IMG/VR virus record: IMGVR_UViG_3300013121_000004
Location: 41,903 to 105,902 of that record
Source of the DNA: a virus
Taxonomy: Duplodnaviria; Caudoviricetes
DNA: 64,000 bases
Reading direction: 5' to 3' (one strand)
Each line of letters begins with the position of its first letter. Positions within the stretch are counted from its first letter, which is position 1. The notes under the pieces were generated by a model. The model was not told the DNA's origin, searched no databases, and saw only the letters and a program-made list of their open reading frames with translations. The translations under genes and the position numbers were made by a program. Below are positions 1 through 10,287 of this stretch, piece by piece.

Positions 1-171
1 TAAATCTAATTGCAACGTATTCTGATTCATCGCGGGGATACCTTTCGACTTCTACGTAAAGCCCTTTATTGTGCGCGATAATCGCCCAACAATCGGATTG
101 ATAACTGTAGCTAGAGACATCCCATCCGTCAGTTTCAGCTTGTAGGCCGAAGTATTGCTTGGCTTTTTGTT

Positions 172-522
172 TTAAGTATTCGTCCGATACCACATTAACT
201 CCTGTGCAATCTCCTTAACATTATTACCGATGTCGGTAAGGTGCACTAGCTCACCATTAGAGATAGTGACAACTTTGTGGTCATTCCATTCTTCTCCAAT
301 GGAGCCTACATAGAAGTCAATAAACTTCAAGTGTGATTTTGCGACATTCAAAATAGCATTGATAAAAACCTCAGGAGGAGAGCTAAATCTATCTGCGCGA
401 GGCTCTCCATTTCGATAGAATGCCATACTCGACTCTGGCATCTTTTCATATAACACGTCTACTACATAAGCAGTTAGTTGTTGAGTTTTACCGAATACAT
501 AATAATAGTAATCAGCACTCAT
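172..522 (-). CDS. hypothetical protein
   Basis: 116-aa ORF tightly packed in the minus-strand operon; no recognised motif. Confidence 0.6.
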   Translation of the reverse strand: MSADYYYYVFGKTQQLTAYVVDVLYEKMPESSMAFYRNGEPRADRFSSPPEVFINAILNVAKSHLKFIDFYVGSIGEEWNDHKVVTISNGELVHLTDIGNNVKEIAQELMWYRTNT

Positions 523-525
523 GTA

Positions 526-1248
526 TCACTCCCAATATGCTTTTCTAACCTTGAGGAGAAACTCATTGATTCGATCTAAGTCTGGTTTTTTGTCTTTATA
601 GGGAGAATTATTGTACGCTTCGCGCAGCCTGTTTTCAGCAGGCTCAATTATTGGCACAATATCCCTCAACGATAGCGCCTTACTCGTGTGCTGCCATCTA
701 CGTAGCGTGTCAGCAGTATGATAAGTTTGAATGTTTAGCGGAAATTTGCCGTATGTATACAGTATTGTTCCCTGCTCTAGTGTGCGTAGCCAAGTTACAG
801 CTAGTTTATTTGTCCTAATATCTGTGGTATCTCTTTTGAATAACCTGTCTCGTTGGGAGGCAGCATACCCAAGATATGCTCGATACGCTTTTTTACCGTC
901 CCAGACACTGCTGAACATCCGCCTTAATTCTGTTTCAAATGCGGACGATTGCAGCGATTGGGGTTGGACTTGCTTTCTATATACATTAGAAGCCATGTAC
1001 ATCTCTAGGATGGTAGGATTGCTAGCTGTTGAAAGTTGCAAAAACCTACCTACTTCGATAGATGTATAGTCGTCTCCTTCCATGATTTCTTCAGATCGAT
1101 TACCCTTATCAGCTAAACCGATACTAAGTAACTCTGCCGTAGGCTTGACATGTACTGCACGAATGTCCCAATCGGAATCAGGACGCCACAGCCCGTAAGC
1201 CCTAGAGCCTGTTAGGACGGATAAGATTACCGGGTATTTATCAGCCAT
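526..1248 (-). CDS. RlaP-like (Pol-beta superfamily) nucleotidyltransferase
   Basis: GSRAYGL...SDWDIRAV (GS + DxD) motif and NPTILE segment typical of the RlaP/YcgL family; lies next to an RNA ligase. Confidence 0.85.
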   Translation of the reverse strand: MADKYPVILSVLTGSRAYGLWRPDSDWDIRAVHVKPTAELLSIGLADKGNRSEEIMEGDDYTSIEVGRFLQLSTASNPTILEMYMASNVYRKQVQPQSLQSSAFETELRRMFSSVWDGKKAYRAYLGYAASQRDRLFKRDTTDIRTNKLAVTWLRTLEQGTILYTYGKFPLNIQTYHTADTLRRWQHTSKALSLRDIVPIIEPAENRLREAYNNSPYKDKKPDLDRINEFLLKVRKAYWE

Positions 1249-1585
1249 TTATACGAGACACCTCCAATCCTACTAGGGTAGTCATTATCTTTTCTCCGTT
1301 GTGCTCGACTTCGATGTATGCTTTCCTGACAGGTATATACGTACCGCCACGTACGCCTTGTTCAGATATATGCATACCACTCTCTTTGACCGTGACAGTT
1401 TTATGCTCTAGTGAGCCGTCAGGCCAGCGCACTACGACGCATTCACCGTTTCTGAACTCTCCGTAGGCATCCTTATCTACATAGTTCCAGTTACTTGTTT
1501 CTACTACCTTGCTAAAAATCATTGCTCTCCAAACTGCCTTTCTACAAGCTTTTGCTTGTACCATTCGGCTACGCCACGTCCCCAA
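1241..1585 (-). CDS. hypothetical protein (true start probably near 1522, MIFSK)
   Basis: ORF filling the gap between ligase and NTase. Confidence 0.5.
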   Translation of the reverse strand: MGTWRSRMVQAKACRKAVWRAMIFSKVVETSNWNYVDKDAYGEFRNGECVVVRWPDGSLEHKTVTVKESGMHISEQGVRGGTYIPVRKAYIEVEHNGEKIMTTLVGLEVSRING

Positions 1586-2433
1586 GGTAGTTTAATTTCT
1601 CGTTTGAACATCCGCCATAGTTGTTCTTTGATTTCTTCCTTACCCTCTTTAAGGCAGTCTGCTTGTACTTCCTTGATGAGTGCGCTGATATCCCGTACCG
1701 AATGTTCGATTAATCCTTGCTCTTCTAGATGAATAAGAGCTTTGTTCCAACGAGGTTCTGTATTATAAGACTGCCCTAGGGCGGCAAGCTGTTCTTTAGT
1801 GTTTGGATTATCGTTCTTCCAGTGTACCTTTTGTACTTCTTTGTACTCTGGTCGTACATACTTAGCCATTAGTGTACGCTTACTGGCGTCAAACACGCCA
1901 TATGCTTTGATGACTACGCCTTCAATAATGCCACCAAGCATTGACGGGTAGGTAAGGAAATTGTCTAGGTCAGCCTGTGATACTACGTTTCCGTAGTACA
2001 TGACTGGTGTCACTTCTAGGCCAAGCTCCTTACCTAGCTTCATTTTATCGTACAGGTCTAAGTACAGTTCCTGCCCAACTTCTACGTCGAACAGGACAAA
2101 GTTCCCATTAGGTACTCGCTCGTAAGTAATCCCATTATGGCGTAAAGCCATAATAGATTCGCCACGATACACCCATCCGGGAGTAAGTACACCGCTATCA
2201 TAAAGACGGAGCGCCGTATTGCAAGCACCTGCGAACAGGTTGTCTGCTGCATGTACGTCAACGACTGCTTTCTTAGAACGAGCTTTTAGCTCGCCCGTCT
2301 CTGGATCTACTGAGAAAGAGAACTGACTACCGTCTAGCTTCTCTTCGATTAGTACGTGGTAGTTAAAGATATCTGCCACAGCAGGATGCCCTAGATTGTA
2401 GATAGACGGATAGCTCCGTACTCCATTAGACAC
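1519..2433 (-). CDS. ATP-dependent RNA ligase, Rnl2-like
   Basis: Motif I EEKLDGSQFSF, motif III YRGE, IIIa LFDV, IV EGVVIK, V AKY. Confidence 0.88.
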   Translation of the reverse strand: MSNGVRSYPSIYNLGHPAVADIFNYHVLIEEKLDGSQFSFSVDPETGELKARSKKAVVDVHAADNLFAGACNTALRLYDSGVLTPGWVYRGESIMALRHNGITYERVPNGNFVLFDVEVGQELYLDLYDKMKLGKELGLEVTPVMYYGNVVSQADLDNFLTYPSMLGGIIEGVVIKAYGVFDASKRTLMAKYVRPEYKEVQKVHWKNDNPNTKEQLAALGQSYNTEPRWNKALIHLEEQGLIEHSVRDISALIKEVQADCLKEGKEEIKEQLWRMFKREIKLPWGRGVAEWYKQKLVERQFGEQ

Positions 2434-2623
2434 ATTCGTACTCCTTCTCCGCTACTGAGTCGTATTTTAGCTTCGCTGTAGCGATTACTTCGTAGCAATC
2501 AGCGCCATCGTTATAGTATTGTTTGATGGCTTCCTTCTCTGCTGCTAGAGGGCTAGGAGCATACACATCGTATAAGTTCCATAGAAGACCATGTTTACGT
2601 AGCATGACTGTATAGAGTTTCAT
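2426..2623 (-). CDS. small hypothetical protein
   Basis: 65-aa ORF overlapping the ligase start. Confidence 0.5.
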   Translation of the reverse strand: MKLYTVMLRKHGLLWNLYDVYAPSPLAAEKEAIKQYYNDGADCYEVIATAKLKYDSVAEKEYECV

Positions 2624-2760
2624 TTACGATACCGTTCCTTACGTACTGTAGGAGATACTTGCGGGAATGCTGCTAAAATAGCTACTGTTACTGTAAACAG
2701 GAATGAAGTCAACATAATTAATGTGCTTGCTAGCAGGATGAGTTTACTTAGCATTTATAC

Positions 2761-3087
2761 TTATTGTCCATCAATGACGCCTGTCTGCTTTACTGGCTGA
2801 AATATCTTGATTTCATTGTCATACAAGACTACTCTTCGCTGTTTATCTTCGCGCTCCTCGACAGCTACTATAACATATCCTACACGCACACCATCAATCA
2901 TGACCTCTTGTGCGCGTATCTTAACTGGTCGCCACCCATCTTCGATAGTGTGATAAGTTATAGACCAACTCCACACACTAGATGACCAAGCTACCTTGCG
3001 CTCTCGTTTGCCATTATCGTTGAACTCCCTGTAGTAGAAAGCCTCTGAGTCTTTAATGGGCACCCATCGTGACACGTGAAGATGCAT
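2761..3087 (-). CDS. hypothetical protein
   Basis: ORF overlapping the end of the CCA gene. Confidence 0.5.
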   Translation of the reverse strand: MHLHVSRWVPIKDSEAFYYREFNDNGKRERKVAWSSSVWSWSITYHTIEDGWRPVKIRAQEVMIDGVRVGYVIVAVEEREDKQRRVVLYDNEIKIFQPVKQTGVIDGQ

Positions 3088-3772
3088 CCTTTCTCATATA
3101 TTCTTTTTCCATCGTTGGTTTAAGAGCCACTCTACTAAGCACGATATCGAGCATATCAAGCTCGTTCAAGTGGTTAATAGTATCGTTAGAGTTTGCCTTG
3201 AAGCACTTATCAAGTTCGTCTCGTACACGATTCTCATCTGCTGTATAAATTAGTTCCCGATTACGCTGCATCGCTTGGAAAGTGTCAATATCGATCCAGA
3301 AATTAAGCGTAACTGAGAATCGAATAGCTCGAAGGATACGGAGACTGTCTTCTCTGAATCTTTTCTCCGCATCTCCAACGGCCTTAATACACTTCATGCT
3401 AATATCGTCTACACCGTTATAAGGGTCAGTCACTTCTCCGCTTTCAGTGTCTACTGCAATAGCGTTCATAGTGAAGTCTCGTCTAGCTAGATCATCGTAG
3501 ATAGTACCAACCTCTACGTTAGCAGGGTGTCTTCCGTCTATATATTCCCCATCCTTTCGGCACAGAACGTAGTCAGCAGTAAGCTGCCCCGGAATCCGCG
3601 CACGAATAGTGTAGTATTCTGGGTGCTCCAAGAAAATTTCTCCGCCCCACAGTACGATATACTCTTTCATCACTTCGTATGATGGGGCTTCCACGGCGTA
3701 ATCGATATCCTTAGAAGGTCTATTGAGGTATGCATCTCTAACAGCACCTCCTACATAATAGAGCTTAATCAC
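3053..3772 (-). CDS. cca: tRNA nucleotidyltransferase (class II CCA-adding enzyme / poly(A) polymerase family), compact
   Basis: LYYVGGAVRD, DIDY, DLARRDFTMNA and RFREDSLRILRAIRF (EDxxR) motifs. Confidence 0.92.
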   Translation of the reverse strand: MIKLYYVGGAVRDAYLNRPSKDIDYAVEAPSYEVMKEYIVLWGGEIFLEHPEYYTIRARIPGQLTADYVLCRKDGEYIDGRHPANVEVGTIYDDLARRDFTMNAIAVDTESGEVTDPYNGVDDISMKCIKAVGDAEKRFREDSLRILRAIRFSVTLNFWIDIDTFQAMQRNRELIYTADENRVRDELDKCFKANSNDTINHLNELDMLDIVLSRVALKPTMEKEYMRKDASSRVTMGAH

Positions 3773-3784
3773 AATACCTTACCT

Positions 3785-4318
3785 TTAGCTATCATCGTCC
3801 TCGTCGTCTTCTTCGTCCCACTCTCGTGGTTCGTCGTGTTCGTTTTCTTCGTTTTCTGGCATCATCCATGTGTTGATGTTAATGTTTCCGAACCACATAT
3901 TACCGCCGTAGTTTCTGCATTCTGTTTCTTCGGTGAACTCTACTACGGTTCCGTACTTTTCGATAGACTGCCCTAGCTTATCCTTATCTACGTACTCAAG
4001 TGGTACGAGTCCAATCATACCTGAGTCTACCGAGTAGCTGTATCCGTCAGAACCGGGATATACCCAGTCTCCAAACGCAGTACCAAAGCTAAGCACGTAG
4101 TAATTAATGTGCCGAAGATGGCCGTCTTCATCGTCTTCTAATGCGGACACACCAGCAATCGGAGAAGTCATAAAGCAGCCAGACACATCTAGAGCGTAAT
4201 CGTAATGCTTTGAAGGCATTACATAGCACGGATCTCCCAAGTAATACTTACCCGGAGGCACAATCACTTCCCAAGACTGCTTCTTAATTTTCATTCGATA
4301 GTTATTCTTAGTCACCAT
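3785..4318 (-). CDS. hypothetical protein with acidic C-terminal tail
   Basis: GKYYLGDPCYV and VDSGMIG segments; D/E-rich tail. Confidence 0.65.
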   Translation of the reverse strand: MVTKNNYRMKIKKQSWEVIVPPGKYYLGDPCYVMPSKHYDYALDVSGCFMTSPIAGVSALEDDEDGHLRHINYYVLSFGTAFGDWVYPGSDGYSYSVDSGMIGLVPLEYVDKDKLGQSIEKYGTVVEFTEETECRNYGGNMWFGNININTWMMPENEENEHDEPREWDEEDDEDDDS

Positions 4319-4320
4319 TA

Positions 4321-4830
4321 TTAAACCTTACCATTACTCTTAGACTCTTCGTATAGCTTTTCAAGCTCTGAGTTGTCCATCCCGTTGTACTTATCCAGTT
4401 GTTCCTTCACCTTGTCGAGGTTTGTGCCTGTAATACATACATCGTATGCCCGCTTCCAATCGCTTCCGATCTGCATACGTTGAAAGGTACCGTACTGCAC
4501 CTTCACTTCAGGGCGACTATTCCATGCTTTAGCCATATCAGGAATATACATAGGATAGTGGAAAGTCTGAAGCACTTCACCGTCTTCTTTATCATAACTG
4601 TAAGAGAGAGGAGCGACTTTACCGTCATCTTCCGTACACAGACTGGCACTGTAGAGATATTTGATATCAGGCATTTCTCCTTCGTAAAAGAAGTAAACCT
4701 CTTGCACTTCTAGCGTTTTATCCATAGCATCTCGGATGCGTTCTGCGTGCTCCTTCGACTCAGTAACTGTATCTGGGCCGAACACGTTCCCATCAGTATC
4801 GGAGCTTACAATTCCCCACAATACTTTCAT
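4321..4830 (-). CDS. hypothetical protein
   Basis: 169-aa ORF with upstream GGGGA SD. Confidence 0.6.
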   Translation of the reverse strand: MKVLWGIVSSDTDGNVFGPDTVTESKEHAERIRDAMDKTLEVQEVYFFYEGEMPDIKYLYSASLCTEDDGKVAPLSYSYDKEDGEVLQTFHYPMYIPDMAKAWNSRPEVKVQYGTFQRMQIGSDWKRAYDVCITGTNLDKVKEQLDKYNGMDNSELEKLYEESKSNGKV

Positions 4831-4852
4831 CGATCCATCCCCTATTTGTTTT

Positions 4853-4928
4853 TGGCGCGCCCGACAGGACTCGAACCTGTGACACGTAGCTTAGAAGGCT
4901 ACTGCTCTATCCACTGAGCTACGGGCGC
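4853..4928 (-). tRNA. tRNA-Arg (anticodon UCU)
   Basis: GCGCCCGTAGCTCAGTGGATAGAGCAGTAGCCTTCTAAGCTACGTGTCACAGGTTCGAGTCCTGTCGGGCGCGCCA: 76-nt cloverleaf with TTCGA T-loop and encoded CCA. Confidence 0.95.
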
Positions 4929-5131
4929 GTGTATTACTTAGTCTTGTTTATTGGCGCAGTATGTTTCCCATTCTGCTTTGAACGCTTCTACAAGTTCTTC
5001 AGCAAACCCAAGTCGTTTAGCCCCTGCTACGGCTTTGAAGCATGAATCTTCCATTCGGGAATGATTCGTGCCATTGTTTGAGATACTCTTGTTCCCGTAG
5101 AGAGATTAACTCTCGCACCGTCATCAAGTCG

Positions 5132-5794
5132 TTACTCATTGACATAGCTGTTCAATTCTTTTTGCATATTGATTCGCGCTTGAGCTTCAAGTTTATCATG
5201 GAAGAAATTCGTAAGGTAGATCCTAGGGCGAGCTAGGGTGCTTTCCAAGAACTTTTTACGTTCTTCCACGAACGTCTTGTGAGAGAACCCGGCATCAGTA
5301 TACTCGTTATATACACCCCACCTGTATTCGGAATAGTTGTACATATCACCTAAGATAGCCATGTCTAAGTCCATCAAGATATCATGCGTTCTGTACGTGA
5401 TATTACTATTATGGCTTTTAGTGCCGTTGATCAGGCAAGATACGCGATCAATGGCTCCTAGTGCTAAGTCCGACGGTAGCGCATTTAGAAGGAATGCTGC
5501 TGCTACTTGGGCGCTACGTTCTTCGTTGTCAGTGCGTTTAACATCATAAACGACATCGTGGAACCAGATAGCGCACTCGAGTTCCCATCTTTCCGTGGCA
5601 GTTAGCTTAAGTTCTACCGTGTTCTGCATGTCTTCTAACATCTGTAGCATGTACATTACATGACTAAGATTGTGGTAGTACCTTCCACTATAATTCGAGG
5701 TAAGCGTCCAGATAAAAGGCCATCCATTAAAATAAGAGATGAATCGCTGCCACTCTTTAAGTACTGGATATAGGCGTGGTTCTGTACCAATCAC
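5132..5794 (-). CDS. HD-superfamily metal-dependent phosphohydrolase
   Basis: YHNLSH, WFHDVVYD, DNEERSA and DLDMAILG motifs. Confidence 0.85.
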   Translation of the reverse strand: MIGTEPRLYPVLKEWQRFISYFNGWPFIWTLTSNYSGRYYHNLSHVMYMLQMLEDMQNTVELKLTATERWELECAIWFHDVVYDVKRTDNEERSAQVAAAFLLNALPSDLALGAIDRVSCLINGTKSHNSNITYRTHDILMDLDMAILGDMYNYSEYRWGVYNEYTDAGFSHKTFVEERKKFLESTLARPRIYLTNFFHDKLEAQARINMQKELNSYVNE

Positions 5795-6318
5795 TACAGG
5801 AAACTCCTAAAGGTATATCGAATGCAGTCAGCGATCTCTTGGAATGTGTAATCCAAGGTGTCGTTTAGCTCTGATGCTACCACATACACGTCTCTACCTT
5901 CCAGAAGGTCGTCTTCAATCCCTTGAATTGCGTCTTCTAGCTCGATCGTCGCTTCGTCTATAATCGAGTAGTATTTTTTAAGAGTCTTACTGATCAACCA
6001 AGGAGGAATAGCGAGAGGAATATCGCTACGATTGTTAGGTTGTTCCGTAGCCGAGCCCAGTTTGGCTGCCAACCCTGTCGGGATGTAGCACATAGATTCG
6101 ATCGTAACAACGTCCTTGTCTTCTTCGACTAGGTAGTATAGTTTGCCTATGGATTCACTATACTGCGGGTTAATCGTCCATGTTCCGAAATTGCTGCGGT
6201 CACACAATACCCCGAGACAGCAGAACCTGCCATTTTGTCGTAGTTTTCGCCGTATTTGTGAGTACCCACCAGATTCGAGCGCATCAATCCACTCCTTAAC
6301 CAACTGCACATCTACCAT
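5794..6318 (-). CDS. phage hypothetical protein
   Basis: WIDALESG...FCCLGVLCD...ND...TFQEIAD pattern; abuts the HD gene. Confidence 0.65.
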   Translation of the reverse strand: MVDVQLVKEWIDALESGGYSQIRRKLRQNGRFCCLGVLCDRSNFGTWTINPQYSESIGKLYYLVEEDKDVVTIESMCYIPTGLAAKLGSATEQPNNRSDIPLAIPPWLISKTLKKYYSIIDEATIELEDAIQGIEDDLLEGRDVYVVASELNDTLDYTFQEIADCIRYTFRSFL

Positions 6319-6645
6319 CTCATTCTCCTACAGTAAATTCCTATTTGCCTTGTTTATACTTTCCGCTTTCGAGTTCATCGACCCAACTCTTGATGAGTTC
6401 GATATTAAGAGTCATAGAAAGAGACACATTCCTTTCGAGCTAACTCTGCGTTTTCTTCGTACGGGCCTTTGATGTATCCGTCAAAGATTACCGCTACTGT
6501 GCCGAGTTCACCGAGTTCATCGACGGCTGCGACCACCCGGTTTTCGTCAAAATCAGGCGGGTCACACACTACCCTGATAAGCAACATGCGTGTATGTTTT
6601 GGAATCTCAATGGGGACGTACATATTTTCTATTTTCTGTGTTTTA

Positions 6646-6721
6646 TGGTGGGCCTGCTGGGATTCGAACCCAGAACCTACAAGTTATGAGCTTGTTGCTC
6701 TAACCGTTGAGCTACAGGCCC
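6646..6721 (-). tRNA. tRNA with CAU anticodon, probably tRNA-Ile2 (lysidine-modified, reads AUA)
   Basis: GGGCCTGTAGCTCAACGGTTAGAGCAACAAGCTCATAACTTGTAGGTTCTGGGTTCGAATCCCAGCAGGCCCACCA. C4-G69/C5-G68 pairs favour Ile2; paired 1-72 and no GGG/CCC anticodon stem argue against initiator Met. Confidence 0.9.
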
Positions 6722-6732
6722 TAGCTTACGTT

Positions 6733-6761
6733 AGGGTAACATATAACGCGTTACTTTGCTA
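6733..6761 (-). promoter_or_regulatory. putative promoter for tRNA-Ile2 (TAGCAA-N17-TACCCT, extended TGn)
   Basis: Same TACCCT -10 as three other sites; ends 12 bp before the tRNA 5' end. Confidence 0.55.
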
Positions 6762-7257
6762 GCGCGTTCCCGCCGATGTGAATGCGCGAACCATAGTAGG
6801 ATTGCCGCTAAGGGACACAGGAAGCCCAAGGCGCTCGCTGACTTCGACATTCATCTGCTTAAACGAATCGCGCCGACACTTCATGCATCGATTGTTGAGA
6901 TACGTAACTGTAATGTCGAATGCGCGGCAACCATCACACTCGAACTTGGCGTTGCGGATAGTAAAGACCTCTGGAAGGATGTTCATTTTGTTTCTCCTGT
7001 TAGTTTAGAAATCGATGAAGTCGTCTTCAACACCACCGGCAGCATCGTAGTGTGCAGATGCTCATTTCTCCTTGAACTTGATGTTATCAAATGGTGTGCA
7101 AGTGTGCTGATCTCCTGATTTAGTCTTGAGTACCACGATTACTTCATCCTCGAAGCACTTAGGGTACTGACGAACCGTAATGATAGCAGTCAGTGAGATG
7201 GATGTGATTGTAACGGCGATAGCTACAATCAGTACTACAAGTACAATTGCTTCTCGT

Positions 7258-7725
7258 CTAGTCATCTGCTGCTTCTACTGCACTCATGGCTTTACGCATC
7301 GCTTCAAGCACAGGCAAATTAGCCTCCGTAGGTACGTAGATTACCTCAGAAGACCCATCATGCAACCCTTCAACCCATCGCCACAAAAGATATTCATTTG
7401 TAATACTGTTCCCGATGATACGGTTAGCTTCTGCGATACCACGCGCACGCTCTTCGTCAGTTTGCCGCTGAAGCTGAGCAGCTTCAAGCGCCGCCTGCGC
7501 TTCAAGTACCTGAATCTTACGGTCTTGTTCGGCTCGTTTGTAAGCCGCTTCGCCAGTTTTTTCTTGCGAATAGACGCGGTACTTAGGTACTCCCCAACAA
7601 GTACCTCCAATCAGAGCTACGACAAGCACAATAACTGCCATAACCATCAAGAAAAATACAGCCGATCCAGACTCATTGCTTCCGGTTTCGTTATACACTG
7701 GTTCCACCTTTCTTACTAATCGCAT
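7258..7725 (-). CDS. single-pass membrane protein with coiled coil (SPFH/band-7 C-terminal-like)
   Basis: N-terminal TM helix; ARGIAEANRIIG...VIYVPTEANLP. Confidence 0.6.
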   Translation of the reverse strand: MRLVRKVEPVYNETGSNESGSAVFFLMVMAVIVLVVALIGGTCWGVPKYRVYSQEKTGEAAYKRAEQDRKIQVLEAQAALEAAQLQRQTDEERARGIAEANRIIGNSITNEYLLWRWVEGLHDGSSEVIYVPTEANLPVLEAMRKAMSAVEAADD

Positions 7726-8053
7726 CTAGCGCCGCCTTAACTTTGTTTCGGATTTCCGTGTAGATTTCCTGTTGCCCCTTACCCGACAGCCATTGGCTCA
7801 TATTGTGCAAGAAGTGGTCAAACGTAAGCGGGGCAATCAGAGTGAGATCATCTGTGTCAGTTACCCATTCGAACGGGCTCGGACATGAACACCCTGAATC
7901 TAGCGCATAGTATAGCTTTCCTGTTGCCTTTTCTCTCCATACGACGAGCATATTGAACGAGTACATTTCGGCAATGTCAACATCCGCGATAATCTCGAAG
8001 CCTAGTTTTTCGGGATGGTAGTAGATGTTGTGTTGGAATTTTACTGGCCCCAT
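7691..8053 (-). CDS. phage hypothetical protein
   Basis: DSGCSCPSPFE motif; AGGAGG SD. Confidence 0.65.
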   Translation of the reverse strand: MGPVKFQHNIYYHPEKLGFEIIADVDIAEMYSFNMLVVWREKATGKLYYALDSGCSCPSPFEWVTDTDDLTLIAPLTFDHFLHNMSQWLSGKGQQEIYTEIRNKVKAALDAISKKGGTSV

Positions 8054-8415
8054 TAGTACAGCCCTCCTAACAGTTTATACGATAGAAGCACCGCCCACAT
8101 CACGCCTAGAGCGATGACTGTCATTCCAAGCGCAAATTCGATTGCGAATAGTGTTAACTTCAATGGCTCATTGCCTGCTTTCAATAGCTGCCTTAGCTTC
8201 GACATAATAGGCATCCGCCTAGTCCATTTCTATTTGCTGCTCGTAAGATTTCAAATGCTAAGTACGCAGCTAATTCCCCCGCAGCGTTCGCATCAGGTGT
8301 AGCGTCTCCGTTTTTGTCTACGAACCCGCCGTATTCGTCTCTAGCGTGCGGATTGTTACGTGCGTATTCTCGAATCTCAGCCACAAGGAGTGAACCTAGA
8401 TGCCTGATACTTTTT

Positions 8416-8709
8416 TCACTTTCTGCTAGTGCCAATACGCTGCTCCCTACAATTATTCTCGTAGATTTGACGAGTAATAGATGGACATTCTACATAGATA
8501 AGTTCCTCCCTATCTTTTACTCGAATAGTGCAGCTAACGTAGCCGTTATCATCAGAGTCAAACGTGCCGCATTTAGCTGCGATTACTTCGTATCCGAGGT
8601 CTTCGGCCCACTTGGTGGCGTTATCTGCATTGTTATCAGCAATATCTCCGCATCCAACTGACAGCATTCCTACTGCTGCCAGACTGACCACAAAGAACTT
8701 CTTGTACAT
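8416..8709 (-). CDS. putative lipoprotein
   Basis: Signal peptide MYKKFFVVSLAAVGMLSVGC with lipobox-like Cys; AGGAG SD. Confidence 0.6.
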   Translation of the reverse strand: MYKKFFVVSLAAVGMLSVGCGDIADNNADNATKWAEDLGYEVIAAKCGTFDSDDNGYVSCTIRVKDREELIYVECPSITRQIYENNCREQRIGTSRK

Positions 8710-9023
8710 CTACTTACTCCTCTTCAAGGTCGATATCTCCACTCCCGCATCGCGGGTATTCTTCTACAGGTCGTTTGATGCGCTTACCGCAGTCGTAACA
8801 CTTGAACATTTACTGGCTCCTTACGCTCAGTCTTCTTAGCCGAATAGTGTATCTAGGGTTGCTATCACAATAGATAAGATCAAGACAGTCCAACCGACTA
8901 CCGCTATCACGGCGATGATTGAAGGAGGATACGAGAACATAACTACCACCGGAGGCGCAAAGCATAGAGCAAATAAGAATAAGATAGTGACTATGGTTAT
9001 GAATACAACCGCAGTCTTACGGG

Positions 9024-9455
9024 TTATCTTGGATCGTTGTAGTAATGTTTATCGTACGGTTTCTCTCCTTCCCAGTGTGGTTCAATCCAAGTCAAAGGCG
9101 GAACCTTTAGCTTGTTGTCTTCATTGGCTAAGCAGTACTGGCACATACACGCTCGTACAATCGCTCTCTGCACTCCACAACTGACGCACTTCGCGATACG
9201 TGGTAATGCCCCGGCTGTGTCTGCGATAAACATCGCGATGTTGCCAATATCTGCTGTTAGTTCTCTGACTTTATCTACATCTCGTCTCTTTCGTATCTCC
9301 ACGTGTAGCTTGGAGACGTGATAGTAAAGCTCTTGTAGCAGCGTAGCCATGTCAAGGGTAATCCACTCGCCCTTCCAAGCGTTAGCTTGTAGCTCTCTAC
9401 GCATCTCCATAAGGTACGCATTAGCTGCATTGTTGTTTGCTAGGTTGTCACTCAT
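9024..9455 (-). CDS. MazG-like all-alpha NTP pyrophosphohydrolase with Cys-rich C-terminus (tentative)
   Basis: ELTADIGNIAMFI resembles the MazG ExxD motif; CxxC...CxxC. Confidence 0.45.
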   Translation of the reverse strand: MSDNLANNNAANAYLMEMRRELQANAWKGEWITLDMATLLQELYYHVSKLHVEIRKRRDVDKVRELTADIGNIAMFIADTAGALPRIAKCVSCGVQRAIVRACMCQYCLANEDNKLKVPPLTWIEPHWEGEKPYDKHYYNDPR

Positions 9456-10287
9456 ACATCTTCCTCTTTATGGCACGAACAATGACAGGATCTACCATCA
9501 CACCACTTGTGATTACCTACACCGCAGTAGTATGACTTGATTTTCATCAGTCAGCGCTTCTCTTTCTGTTTATCCATTTTTCGAAGCTGATTAGTGTATT
9601 GTCTTCTTGCTTGGTAGGCTCCTCCTGTCGCTGCGTAGGGGGGTTTGTGAGTGTGTGTACGATGATTGCTCTCGCTTGCGGGTGATTCATCGCCCTGACC
9701 CACATAAGGAGAAAGTCATCAATCTCCAACTCATCGCCCCACAGATTGCATTGCGTGCACTTGCTTTGCTTTTCGCCGCTAACACCTGTGTAAGCGCGAA
9801 AGCCGTGCCCGCATTGTATTTGCTTTTCGGATGAGCCAATGAACATTACTCTTCAAACTCACAAGCGCCGCACATATAGTCAGCGCCAGACCCTCCGGTG
9901 TAACGTCCGTGCTTGCACGTGTCTCCGGGATACCCAGTCCATCCTTGCGGATAGAGTGCTTCGTATCGGGCGAGGCAATCGTCACAGAATACCTTCTCGC
10001 CTCCCCTCCACTTGCCGCACGGATAGATGATAGGTGTACCATCCTTCCGTGTCCCGACATCGACTTCGTTGGTGCATTCTGTAGGCATTGTTCTTACTCC
10101 TCTTCTTCGTTGCGAACGCTGCGGTTACTGCGACGACGTTCAATGCGCTTCTTGACCACGCGAAGTTTACGATTCCAACCGTCATGCCCGAAGCAACAGA
10201 ACCAGAAGTTCTTACCACGATGGCGATGCGCCTCAGTCCCCAACATACGCTCTTTATTAGACATAGCATGTCCTCCTCAGTTATTGC

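Noticed and set aside
6646-6721. Initiator tRNA-fMet
   Set aside because: Has a paired G1-C72 and lacks three consecutive G-C pairs in the anticodon stem; elongator Met is not fully excluded
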